Positions 55,832-64,000 of a stretch of DNA of 64,000 nt are shown one piece after another. The translations under genes were made by a program, and so were the position numbers. The first letter of the stretch is position 1, and each line of letters begins with the position of its first letter. The notes beneath the pieces were generated by a model. That model was not told the origin of the DNA and searched no databases. It worked only from the letters and a program-made list of their open reading frames with translations. The DNA is from Chloroflexota bacterium (GTDB taxonomy: Bacteria > Chloroflexota > Anaerolineae > Anaerolineales > Anaerolineaceae), in assembly GCA_012798455.1 (NCBI GenBank), contig JAAZNC010000081.1:4752-68751 (forward strand). The letters run 5' to 3'.

Positions 55832-56926
55832 ATGAAATTGCTATGTATCATTGAAAAGAGAATTCCCGCCCTGGAAGAACCCATCATGCGATTCGCAAAG
55901 CAATTCAAGGGTGTTGAAGTGGTTGAATCCTTATGGGATGACCCGAGCGAAGCGGATATCACGACGGTATTCCGCCGCATAGAGCAACACGGACCGGCGG
56001 GCGAACCCATTCCCCAGGGATTTAAAGACCATCGTGATGCAGAATTGCTGGCTGGCAGTTTTTGCCCCTTCTCCGCGCAGGGGATGGATGTGTTTGAGAA
56101 CCTGCGGATGATCGGTGTCATCCGTGCTGGGCTGGAAAACATTGATGTGAAAGCCGCCAGCGAGCGCGGCATCGCGGTCGTGAATGCCACGGGGCGAAAT
56201 GCCGACGCAGTATCGGATTTCGCGATCGGTATGATGCTTGCGGAAGCCCGCAACATCGCCCGTGCCCATCACTCCATCATCAGCGGCGGATGGCAGGTGG
56301 ATTTTGCGAGCAGCACTACCACTCCGGACATGCGTGGGAAGACGATCGGTTTGTTCGGATTCGGGGTGATTGGGAAAGCGCTGGCTGAAAAATTGAGCGG
56401 ATTCCATATTAACTTGCTGGTATTTGACCCATTCATCCAGGAAGATGTAGTTGCTCCTTATGGGGGAAAGCTGGTCGATAAAACGACTTTATTCCGAGAA
56501 TCGGATTTCATCAGTGTCCATGCCAGACTGACCAGTGAAAACCAGCACATCATTGGCAAAGCGGAATTCGAGCTGGTGAAACCCAGCGCTTACTTCATCA
56601 ACACCGCCAGGGCGGGGTTGGTGGATTATGGCGCACTCTATGAAGCTCTTGCAACACATCGTATCGCTGGCGCCGCGCTGGATGTCTTTGACAATGAACC
56701 ACTCCCCGCAGATGACCGCTTCCGGAAACTGGATAATGTCACCCTGACCACGCACCGGGCAGGTGCTACCCTGGATGCCGCCAACAATTCCCCGCGCCTG
56801 ATCTTTGAGCGAATGCGCAGCATCATCACAGGAAAAGCGACGGATGGATTTGTAAATCCGCAGGTTTTGGAAGATTCGAGATTCCGGAACTGGCGAGAAA
56901 CAGCAAAAATCAAACTGAATTTATAA
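55832..56926 (+). CDS. D-isomer-specific 2-hydroxyacid dehydrogenase (phosphoglycerate dehydrogenase-like)
   Basis: GLFGFGVIGKAL Rossmann motif, the SVHARLT ... NTARAG ... ALDVF motifs and a catalytic THRAG region. Confidence 0.85.
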   Translation: MKLLCIIEKRIPALEEPIMRFAKQFKGVEVVESLWDDPSEADITTVFRRIEQHGPAGEPIPQGFKDHRDAELLAGSFCPFSAQGMDVFENLRMIGVIRAGLENIDVKAASERGIAVVNATGRNADAVSDFAIGMMLAEARNIARAHHSIISGGWQVDFASSTTTPDMRGKTIGLFGFGVIGKALAEKLSGFHINLLVFDPFIQEDVVAPYGGKLVDKTTLFRESDFISVHARLTSENQHIIGKAEFELVKPSAYFINTARAGLVDYGALYEALATHRIAGAALDVFDNEPLPADDRFRKLDNVTLTTHRAGATLDAANNSPRLIFERMRSIITGKATDGFVNPQVLEDSRFRNWRETAKIKLNL

Positions 56927-56944
56927 AAAAGGAGAGAACCTTCT

Positions 56945-57700
56945 ATGGATCTTGAATTAACAGGGAAAATTGCAATTGTCACTGGAGGAGCGAGGGGGAT
57001 CGGCGCTGGCATGTGTGAAGTTTTTGCCGAAGAGGGTGCCAATGTTGTTATTGCCGATATGGTACCTCTGGAAGAATCGAGCAAATTTGCGGCGGAGTTA
57101 AGTAAAAAGAACAGTGTACGCACACTTGCTGTCAGAGCTGATATCTCCAACCCCCCAAGTGTGGATGCCATCTACAGCCAAACGCTGGAAAAATTTGGCA
57201 CGGTCGACATTCTGATGAACAACGCAGGCAAAATGGGAGTGACCAAGATCGAGGATGTGACCGTCGAGGAACTTTATAAATACGAGAAGGTGAACATTGA
57301 GGGCATGTTCTTGATGAGCAAAGCCTTCATCAAGATTTGTAATGAGCAAAAAAAAGGTGGGCATATCGTCAACACCATATCCAAATCTGCCTTTACAACT
57401 AACAGTGGCGGAAACACACCTTACATTGCAACCAAAGGTGCCGTATTTTCTTTCACACGCGGATTGGCGAAAGAAGTCGGTTCGCGGGGCATCTTCGTGA
57501 ACGGAATTGTGCCGGGATACGTGATCACTGATACGACCAAGAACCTTAAGGATAGATCCAAAGAGATGAAAAAGATCATCCCGCTGGGGCGTGAAGCTAC
57601 GCCGCGTGAGATCGCCAATGTAGCGGTTTTTTTATGTTCTCCCAAAGCGGTTCAAATGATGGGCGCCATCGTAGATGTGAGTGGTGGAACCATGCTGTAA
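56945..57700 (+). CDS. short-chain dehydrogenase/reductase (SDR)
   Basis: TGGARGIG, NNAG and YIATKGA (YxxxK). Confidence 0.9.
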   Translation: MDLELTGKIAIVTGGARGIGAGMCEVFAEEGANVVIADMVPLEESSKFAAELSKKNSVRTLAVRADISNPPSVDAIYSQTLEKFGTVDILMNNAGKMGVTKIEDVTVEELYKYEKVNIEGMFLMSKAFIKICNEQKKGGHIVNTISKSAFTTNSGGNTPYIATKGAVFSFTRGLAKEVGSRGIFVNGIVPGYVITDTTKNLKDRSKEMKKIIPLGREATPREIANVAVFLCSPKAVQMMGAIVDVSGGTML

Positions 57701-57757
57701 TATCTTTTTCCGATCTTCCATAGATCGAGAGATTTTCACAGCTCAAGGAGCAAAAAA

Positions 57758-57791
57758 GCACCCGATTGCTGCTAGTAATCGGGTGCTTTTT
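57758..57791. terminator. bidirectional terminator between the SDR gene and the convergent aldolase gene
   Basis: GCACCCGATT ... AATCGGGTGC stem flanked by an A tract and a T tract. Confidence 0.7.
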
Positions 57792-57830
57792 CATTTGTAG
57801 TTACTAACTGAAATAATAAAGAAAGATCCT

Positions 57831-58616
57831 TTATTTGATCTCTTTGAGGGCTTCTTCAACGGATGCGTTTTCATGCACAATGCCATGTAACGCCGCTGCC
57901 ATACCAGCGATGCTGCGGTGTCCCCACACGTTGCGCCCGATCACCAGCCCTTTGCATCCGGCGTCAATTGCCTGCTTTGCGTTTTCCAGCACCTGGCGGT
58001 CGTCATCGACCTTTGCACCTCCCAGTGCCAGTACATCCGCATAACAATTGGCGACGATTTTCTTGAAATCCTCCACGGGTTTGATGAACGCAGTTTTGAC
58101 GATGTCCACACCGATCTCTGCACCTGCACGGCATGCGATATTCATGGCCTTCAGACTTCGGTCTTCTTCTTTGGATGAAAATCCATTGGGCAACATTTCA
58201 GCAGCGGTAATAAGACCGTATTGATTGCAGGCAGCTACAATTCCGGCAATATACTTCAGGTTCGCAGTATCAAATTCCGCGCCAATGATGCCCATGGTCA
58301 TGATGCCATCCACTCCCAGGCGCAAGCAATCTTCAACGGTATAGGGACTTTGCATGGGTCTCTCAAGGATGGGATTGTATTTCACAAGCCCAGAACCAAT
58401 CACCTCCATGCGCAACAGGGTTCCCATTCTGCCGATCTCTTTTCGAAAATGGGTGAGCACACCGTAATTGGTGAGAATGCCATCCATGCCGCCTTCCGCA
58501 GCACCCTTGATCACTTTAGCGGGATCTACCCAGATATCGCCGCTGCCCCCGTGATCGAAAGCCAGGATGAGTGCCCTTCCGTCTTCTTTGAATAACCGGT
58601 AATATCTACTTTTCAT
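57831..58616 (-). CDS. class I aldolase of the DhnA/FbaB/LsrF (DeoC-fold) family
   Basis: ALILAFDHG, and a TIM-barrel length and pattern typical of DhnA-type aldolases. The start was moved to the ATG at 58616, five nt after AAGGTG. Confidence 0.78.
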   Translation of the reverse strand: MKSRYYRLFKEDGRALILAFDHGGSGDIWVDPAKVIKGAAEGGMDGILTNYGVLTHFRKEIGRMGTLLRMEVIGSGLVKYNPILERPMQSPYTVEDCLRLGVDGIMTMGIIGAEFDTANLKYIAGIVAACNQYGLITAAEMLPNGFSSKEEDRSLKAMNIACRAGAEIGVDIVKTAFIKPVEDFKKIVANCYADVLALGGAKVDDDRQVLENAKQAIDAGCKGLVIGRNVWGHRSIAGMAAALHGIVHENASVEEALKEIK

Positions 58617-58661
58617 TTCTGCACCTTTCATGTTTTGTATTTAAATAAATCAAGTTGACAG

Positions 58662-59315
58662 TTAATTCCACAAGGAATCGATCTTTGCTTTAACACGGCG
58701 TGCTTCTGCCGCCGGGTCAGGCGCATTGCGAACGGAACGTCCGCAAATGATGGCGAAAACAGGCAACCCCTTCAAGATATCCAGGTCCTCAAAAGTCACC
58801 CCACCGGTTACCGTAACGGAGACTCCCAATTCACATAGTTCATGGATCTCTTTGGTATCTTCCGTATTCCAATTTCCTTTGCGTGAACGAGGGCGCGAAT
58901 AGATAATGTGGGAAATCCCCATTTGTTGCCAGGCATGCACATCTTGCGGGCTTGGGAACTGATTGTAAAGTTCGATTTGAACTTGTTGCCCTTTTCCTCT
59001 ATTCAAAGCTTCTTCGCTGATCAACTTTGGCACCTGAGCTTCAGCACCGGAGAGCACGGTGACAAAATCAGGATCATGTTTGAGGATCTCGGTACCGAAA
59101 TGGGGAGCAATACATTTGAAATCAGCCACCAGCAATTTCTGCGGATAGATTGTGCGCAGAATGTCAACAGCGCGCAATCCTTCACCAAGCAGCAACAAGG
59201 TACCCACCTCGATGATATCCACGCTTTCATCCAGTCCACCCCCCAGGACGCGTAGAGCATCTTCAATGGAAAGATTATCGAGAGCAATTTGCAATAGCGG
59301 TTTAGGTTTATTCAT
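58662..59315 (-). CDS. 3-keto-L-gulonate-6-phosphate decarboxylase / 3-hexulose-6-phosphate synthase family protein (UlaD-like)
   Basis: LLQIALDN, DIIEVGT, VADFK, VQIEL and VTVTGG, collinear with E. coli UlaD as I recall it. The start was moved to the ATG at 59315. Confidence 0.8.
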   Translation of the reverse strand: MNKPKPLLQIALDNLSIEDALRVLGGGLDESVDIIEVGTLLLLGEGLRAVDILRTIYPQKLLVADFKCIAPHFGTEILKHDPDFVTVLSGAEAQVPKLISEEALNRGKGQQVQIELYNQFPSPQDVHAWQQMGISHIIYSRPRSRKGNWNTEDTKEIHELCELGVSVTVTGGVTFEDLDILKGLPVFAIICGRSVRNAPDPAAEARRVKAKIDSLWN

Positions 59316-59488
59316 AGCATCCACCATGTGAATAGATTGAATGATGTAACATGACTATCCTAATGACATTCTAATTCCAATGGGATATGGGTCAATTACC
59401 TGGTGTTGTTTTTCACAAATGGTTAGTTTGGTCAATTGTGCAATTCTGGTAATTATCCATTCTCGATACTATATAATGAATTGGAATA

Positions 59489-59504
59489 TGTGCAATATTG
59501 CACA
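59489..59504. promoter_or_regulatory. perfect 16-bp palindrome TGTGCAATATTGCACA just downstream of a TATAAT box, in front of the third sorC gene
   Basis: Seen directly. A related copy AATTGTGCAATT lies at 59434-59445, and a TATAAT box at 59472-59477. Confidence 0.45.
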
Positions 59505-59543
59505 ATCCTTCTCATTGGTCTGGCTGGACGAAAGGAAGTCTTG

Positions 59544-60485
59544 ATGAATGCTGATCAGAATGTCTATGAAGTGGCACGTCTTTATTATGAACAGAATATG
59601 ACTCAAGAAGAAATTGCCAAACGCTTGTTCATCTCACGTTCGGGCATTTCAAGGATAATCAAACAGGCTCGCGATGAAGGAGTGGTGGAGATCACCGTTC
59701 ATTCTCCGTATGATCGTATGCGTACCATGGAATACGAATTCTTCAAACGTTTTCATATTGATGAGATCCGCATTGTGGATACCGACAAACAACCTAATCC
59801 CTCTGATTTTGACACGGTCGTAAAGCTGGCTGCCACCTATATCAATTCGATATTGAACGATAATTCTGTTTTGGGACTTACCTGGGGAAAATCGATCATG
59901 GGAGCCATCTGGGAATTGCGCCCGACTCGTTATCTTCCCAAAATGCACGTCACCCAAATGACCGGTTCGATCGAGAGCAACAACCCGATTATCGATGGGC
60001 CGGATCTGGTGCGCCATGTGGCGGAGTTGTATGGCTGTAACTATCACTATCTGATGGTACCTTTCTCTGTGGAAAACAGAGTGGTGCGCGATAGCCTGGC
60101 GAAACGCCCCAGTGTGATCGAAACTCTCTCCATTGCCGAAAATGCCAATGTACTGGTAACCGGCATCGGATCCAAAACCCATTGGGGAAATTACATGAAG
60201 GAAAAAGAGCTGAAAGCACTTGAAGATGCCGGTGCCATTGGTTATGTGGCTGGATACTATTTTGATATTCACGGCAATATCATCGATCTGCCTGATTTTT
60301 ACGACCGTATCATCTGTGTCAGCCAAAACGTTTTTTCGAAGATAGAATTCCGGATCGCAGTGATCGCAGACGTAGTGAAAGCAACTGCCGTATTGGGAGC
60401 TTTAAGAGGAAGGCTGATCAATTCACTGATCACCAGTTCTAACGTAGCCAGCCAGATCATAGAACTTGATGACAAAAATAAATAA
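59544..60485 (+). CDS. SorC/DeoR-type sugar-binding transcriptional regulator
   Basis: HTH (YYEQNMTQEEIAKRLFISRSGISRII) plus a SorC effector domain. The start was moved to the ATG at 59544, after AAGGAAG. Confidence 0.85.
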   Translation: MNADQNVYEVARLYYEQNMTQEEIAKRLFISRSGISRIIKQARDEGVVEITVHSPYDRMRTMEYEFFKRFHIDEIRIVDTDKQPNPSDFDTVVKLAATYINSILNDNSVLGLTWGKSIMGAIWELRPTRYLPKMHVTQMTGSIESNNPIIDGPDLVRHVAELYGCNYHYLMVPFSVENRVVRDSLAKRPSVIETLSIAENANVLVTGIGSKTHWGNYMKEKELKALEDAGAIGYVAGYYFDIHGNIIDLPDFYDRIICVSQNVFSKIEFRIAVIADVVKATAVLGALRGRLINSLITSSNVASQIIELDDKNK

Positions 60486-60761
60486 AGGCGGAAGTTTTTA
60501 AATGTAATTGAAAGAATTATATGTTCGTACCTTTATTAATGCATTCCCTGTTTTACTCAAAAAAAATGTTATCGTGAAAATGGAAATGTCATGTATAAAA
60601 ATGGGTTAGTATTGCTTCTTTCACTCGGGATAATGCCTCTTTCTACCTCCATTTATGGGAGAGGAGGAGTAGTTCACTGTGTATGAAATGACAGTAGTTA
60701 AAATAGATCCTCCTTGAATTTGTAAAAAGAGGATCTATGTATAACTAATTAAAATCAATGT

Positions 60762-62270
60762 TCAGCGCATCTGAATAACCGCACCGCTGCGCGCCGGTAG
60801 ATCGATTTCGAGCATATTCCCTTTGTAGTTGAGCTGCGCTGTTCCAAAAATGGTGTGCGGGATATTGTTGTTTCTTGCCAACGCGGAAATTTCGATCTGC
60901 AAGCTTCCTGTGTTGTGAGTGATGTTGAAGACTGCAACCAGATATTCCTCATCTGTTTGGCGGGCAATGGCGATCACCCCACCCCCGTTGTAGAGTGGGA
61001 AATATTCGCCATGCCGCAGCGCGTTGTGCTGCTTGCGTAGTGCGATGCAAGCTTTCACAAAATCTAAACGTTCCATGTTCCAACGGCTTTCATCCCACAC
61101 CATTGTCTTGCGGCATTCCGGGTCATTGCGCCCGCTCATGCCGATCTCATCGCCATAAAAGATGCAAGGAGCTCCTGGATAGCAGAACATGAACAATAAC
61201 GCCATCTTGAATGCGTCTTCATCCCCTTTGGCAGAGGTGATGAAGCGCGGGGTGTCGTGGCTGTTGAGCAGGTTCAACATCACCGCATTGATGGCAGGAT
61301 CGTACAACCCCTGTAAATAGGCGATGCGCTCCATGAACTGCTCATTGCTGAGTTGCTGCAGGTATTTGTGATAGTCGCCTACCGAGTAGATCTGTTCTTC
61401 CAGATCATCGATGAAGAAACCCAGCATGGCACCTGAAAGCGGGTAGTTCATGACCGCGTCGAACTGGTCACCCTGCAGCCAGGGCTGGCTTTCATACCAG
61501 ATCTCTCCCACAATATAGGCATCCGGATTGACATTTTTCACCCGCCGGCGGAATTCCTGCCAGAAGGCAGCATCCGTGATCTCGAAAGCCACATCGATGC
61601 GCCAGCCATCGATGCCGAATTTGACCCAGTATTCGGCGACATTCCACAAGAATTCCCGCACCGCCGGATTTTGGATATTGAATTTGGGTAGAGCGGGCAT
61701 GCCATACCAACCGCGGTAACCGCAGATTTCCATGTCAGATTTTACCTTACGCAGTTCTTCCAACTGCTGGTCGGTGGGATAAGCCAGGAAGGGCTCTTTC
61801 CTCTGTAATTGTTCTTCCCGAAAATTGAACCAGTCCACGTATGGGGAATCGCTGCCGCTTTCAAGAGTGTGGTTGAATTGCAGGAACCCGCGGCTGGCGT
61901 GATTGAATACCCCATCCAGCAACACCCGCAACCCGCGCGCATGAGCCTGGTCAAGCAGTTCCCTGAAGGCTTTATTGCTGCCCAAGAGCGGATCGACGTT
62001 GAAATAATCATAAGTGTGGTAGCGGTGATTGGAAGCGGAGGTGAAGATGGGATTCAGGAAAATGGCGGTGACACCCAGGTCAACCAGGTGATCGAGGTGT
62101 TCGATGATTCCCAACAGGTCCCCACCCTTAAACCCATAAACAGAAGGAGGAGAATCCCAACTCTCCAGATTGAGGTCGTCTTTTTTTAAATGACTGCTTC
62201 TTGCAAAGCGGTCAGGAAAGATTTGATAGAAAACGGCATCTTTTACCCATGCCGGAGTTGAAATATTCAT
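60762..62270 (-). CDS. GH13 alpha-amylase-family enzyme (neopullulanase/cyclomaltodextrinase/alpha-glucosidase-like), cytoplasmic
   Basis: GH13 regions I-IV are present: DGVFNH, GWRIDVAFE, GEIW and NSHDTPR. The N-terminus reads VFYQIFPDRF. The start was moved to the ATG at 62270. Confidence 0.9.
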   Translation of the reverse strand: MNISTPAWVKDAVFYQIFPDRFARSSHLKKDDLNLESWDSPPSVYGFKGGDLLGIIEHLDHLVDLGVTAIFLNPIFTSASNHRYHTYDYFNVDPLLGSNKAFRELLDQAHARGLRVLLDGVFNHASRGFLQFNHTLESGSDSPYVDWFNFREEQLQRKEPFLAYPTDQQLEELRKVKSDMEICGYRGWYGMPALPKFNIQNPAVREFLWNVAEYWVKFGIDGWRIDVAFEITDAAFWQEFRRRVKNVNPDAYIVGEIWYESQPWLQGDQFDAVMNYPLSGAMLGFFIDDLEEQIYSVGDYHKYLQQLSNEQFMERIAYLQGLYDPAINAVMLNLLNSHDTPRFITSAKGDEDAFKMALLFMFCYPGAPCIFYGDEIGMSGRNDPECRKTMVWDESRWNMERLDFVKACIALRKQHNALRHGEYFPLYNGGGVIAIARQTDEEYLVAVFNITHNTGSLQIEISALARNNNIPHTIFGTAQLNYKGNMLEIDLPARSGAVIQMR

Positions 62271-62355
62271 AGTAGAAGCTCTTTTCAAAGTCAGAATTAG
62301 CAAAACTTTTTAATAGACAGCTGGTTGCTTGACAAATTTCCTTACGATCGCCTGG

Positions 62356-63249
62356 CTAGCCCTTAACGGCACCTTGAGTCAAACCGCCCACGATATGGTC
62401 CTGCATGAGCATATACAGTAGCATGATGGGCAGTGCCCCCATCAACGCCCCGGCGGCGAACAAACCCCATTTCTCGGTATATTGCCCCGAGATGAAGAGC
62501 CACAAACCCACCCCCAGCGTGAACTGCTCGTTGGATTGCAGCAGCACGCGTGCCAGCACCACATCGCTGTAGCTGCTGATGAAGGTCAGCACCGTGACCA
62601 CTGCCAAAATCGGGCGTACCAGCGGGAAGATGATCTTCCAGAAGATCTGCCACTGCGAGGCGCCATCGATCTTGGCAGATTCATCCAGATCACGCGGGAT
62701 GGAATCGAAGAACCCCTTCATCAGCCAGGTATTCACTCCCAATGCTCCGCCCAGATACACCAGAATCAAGCCGCCCTGGCTGTTCAGCCCCAACCAGGGC
62801 ATGTAATTGCCGATCTGCTGCAATAAAAGAAACAGTGCTACCATAGAGAGCATGTTGGGGAAGACCTGTACTAACAAAATGATCACCAGCAAACTATGCC
62901 GTCCTTTAAAGCGGAAACGTGAAAAAGCAAAAGCATTAAAAGAAGTGATGCTGACCGCCAGAATGGCGGAGATGGATGATACTTTGATGGAGTTCCACAT
63001 CCATCGCAGGAAAGGGTGGATAGGGTCGTTCAGCAGGTCCGTGAAATTTTGAAAGGACATGTTCCTGGGGATCAGCTGCTGGTTGGCAAGTGTGTTGGCA
63101 GGGTTCAGCGCAGCGGAGATGATCCACACTACCGGAAAGATCGCGAAAGATATAGCAATCAGTGCGACTACCAGGCGCAAGAGCCACAGCAAGGTGCGCT
63201 GCCATTTCACACTCCTGGTGAACTTGAAAGTCGAAGTGCGTTTAGACAT
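62356..63249 (-). CDS. ABC sugar transporter permease (MalG-like)
   Basis: EAA loop (DESAKIDGASQWQIFWKIIFP). The start was moved to the ATG at 63249, which overlaps the upstream gene's stop by 8 nt. Confidence 0.85.
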   Translation of the reverse strand: MSKRTSTFKFTRSVKWQRTLLWLLRLVVALIAISFAIFPVVWIISAALNPANTLANQQLIPRNMSFQNFTDLLNDPIHPFLRWMWNSIKVSSISAILAVSITSFNAFAFSRFRFKGRHSLLVIILLVQVFPNMLSMVALFLLLQQIGNYMPWLGLNSQGGLILVYLGGALGVNTWLMKGFFDSIPRDLDESAKIDGASQWQIFWKIIFPLVRPILAVVTVLTFISSYSDVVLARVLLQSNEQFTLGVGLWLFISGQYTEKWGLFAAGALMGALPIMLLYMLMQDHIVGGLTQGAVKG

Positions 63250-64000
63250 TCTCGGAAACCTCCTCCCATACCCGCGTAAAACGGAAGTTGAACAGGGTGA
63301 TGGTTGCCACCACAATGAAGATGATGATGGTGATGGCAGATGCATAGCCGTAATCGGAGCCGCGCCCGCTGGCGAATGCCAGACGGTAGGTGTAGCTGAT
63401 CAAGATATCGGTATAACCGGCTGGGGTAGAGGTGCCCAGCATGGGCGGACCACCACTGTTATACAGGTAGATTACTGTGAAATTGTTGAAGTTCATGGCA
63501 AAGGATGAAATCAGCAAGGGTCCTACCGTCATCAACAGTAGTGGCATGGTGATCTTCCAGAAACACTGCCAGGCGTTTGCCCCATCCACTCTGGCGGCTT
63601 CCAGGATCTCATGCGGGATGGATTGCAAAGCGCCGCTGCTGACCAGCATCATATACGGGTAGCCCAGCCACAGATTGACGATCAGGATGCCCACCTTAGC
63701 CCAAAAAGGATCGGAGAACCAGGCAGGTGACCAACCCAACCAATTTTTCAATGTGAGCGAGATGATACCCAGATGCGGATTGAACAAGCCGACCCACATC
63801 AAAATACTGATAAAACCGGGTATGGTATAAGGGATGATCAGGAGCGAACGCAGCATCTTCTTTTTATACAGACCCAATCCATCGAACAATACTGCCAGAA
63901 ATAGACCCAGCCCAAAGGTCAGCAGCACGCTGAGCACGGCAAACACCAGCGTCCAGATGAAGATGGTCACCAGAGGACCGCTGAGAGCCGGGCTGGTTAC
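63242..64000 (-). CDS. ABC sugar transporter permease (MalF-like), 5' end beyond the window
   Basis: EAA loop (EAARVDGANAWQCFWKITMP). The frame stays open to the window edge. Confidence 0.85.
   Translation of the reverse strand, partial: VTSPALSGPLVTIFIWTLVFAVLSVLLTFGLGLFLAVLFDGLGLYKKKMLRSLLIIPYTIPGFISILMWVGLFNPHLGIISLTLKNWLGWSPAWFSDPFWAKVGILIVNLWLGYPYMMLVSSGALQSIPHEILEAARVDGANAWQCFWKITMPLLLMTVGPLLISSFAMNFNNFTVIYLYNSGGPPMLGTSTPAGYTDILISYTYRLAFASGRGSDYGYASAITIIIFIVVATITLFNFRFTRVWEEVSENV

Noticed and set aside
59649-60326. 225-aa minus-strand ORF. Similar cases are 29430-30017, 24679-25236, 56638-57171, 14335-14865 and 14878-15411.
   Set aside because: All lie antisense to genes with clear homology (SorC, MtnA, DinG, the dehydrogenases, GH42). 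They are treated as shadow ORFs.

Overview
This is a bacterial chromosomal segment with about 58 supportable protein-coding genes. I could not recognise any rRNA, tRNA, CRISPR array, transposase, phage gene or known defence gene. The lineage cannot be fixed from this window. The gene content (TtuA/TtuB, tungsten-type AOR, GSI-alpha glnA, exonuclease-fused DinG, GC-rich hairpin repeats) suggests an anaerobic Terrabacteria member, perhaps Chloroflexota, but this is only an inference.

The window alternates housekeeping blocks with three AT-richer carbohydrate islands.
- Housekeeping genes include dinG, recA, plsY, glnA, ahcY, mtnA, mtaD and ttuAB.
- Each island is headed by a SorC-family regulator and contains a PTS.
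- Island 1 (2.1-7.7 kb) is a glucitol-type PTS with a split and permuted SrlE, a SAF-domain dehydrogenase and a metal-ligand-less class II aldolase-like protein.
- Island 2 (7.7-17.8 kb) is an ascorbate-family PTS with a GH42 glycosidase, an epimerase, an isomerase, a domain-swapped DhaL-DhaK kinase and a class II ketose-bisphosphate aldolase.
- Island 3 (50.0-60.5 kb) is an ascorbate-family PTS combined with a tungsten-type aldehyde:ferredoxin oxidoreductase, a PTE-family lactonase, two dehydrogenases, a class I aldolase and a UlaD-like decarboxylase.
- The right end carries a GH13 amylase and maltodextrin-type ABC permeases.

The most unusual signal is non-coding. The roughly 350 nt leader of glnA (40.55-40.91 kb) contains sequence blocks and helices that thread onto the glmS ribozyme fold. 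It carries extra insertions and is followed by a terminator/antiterminator platform. A glmS-type RNA in front of glutamine synthetase has not been described to my knowledge.

A second non-coding oddity is a 615 bp region without ORFs (49.44-50.05 kb). It holds two degenerate tandem copies of a composite hairpin-repeat element.

All homology statements come from reading the translations and from remembered family motifs. No database search was run.
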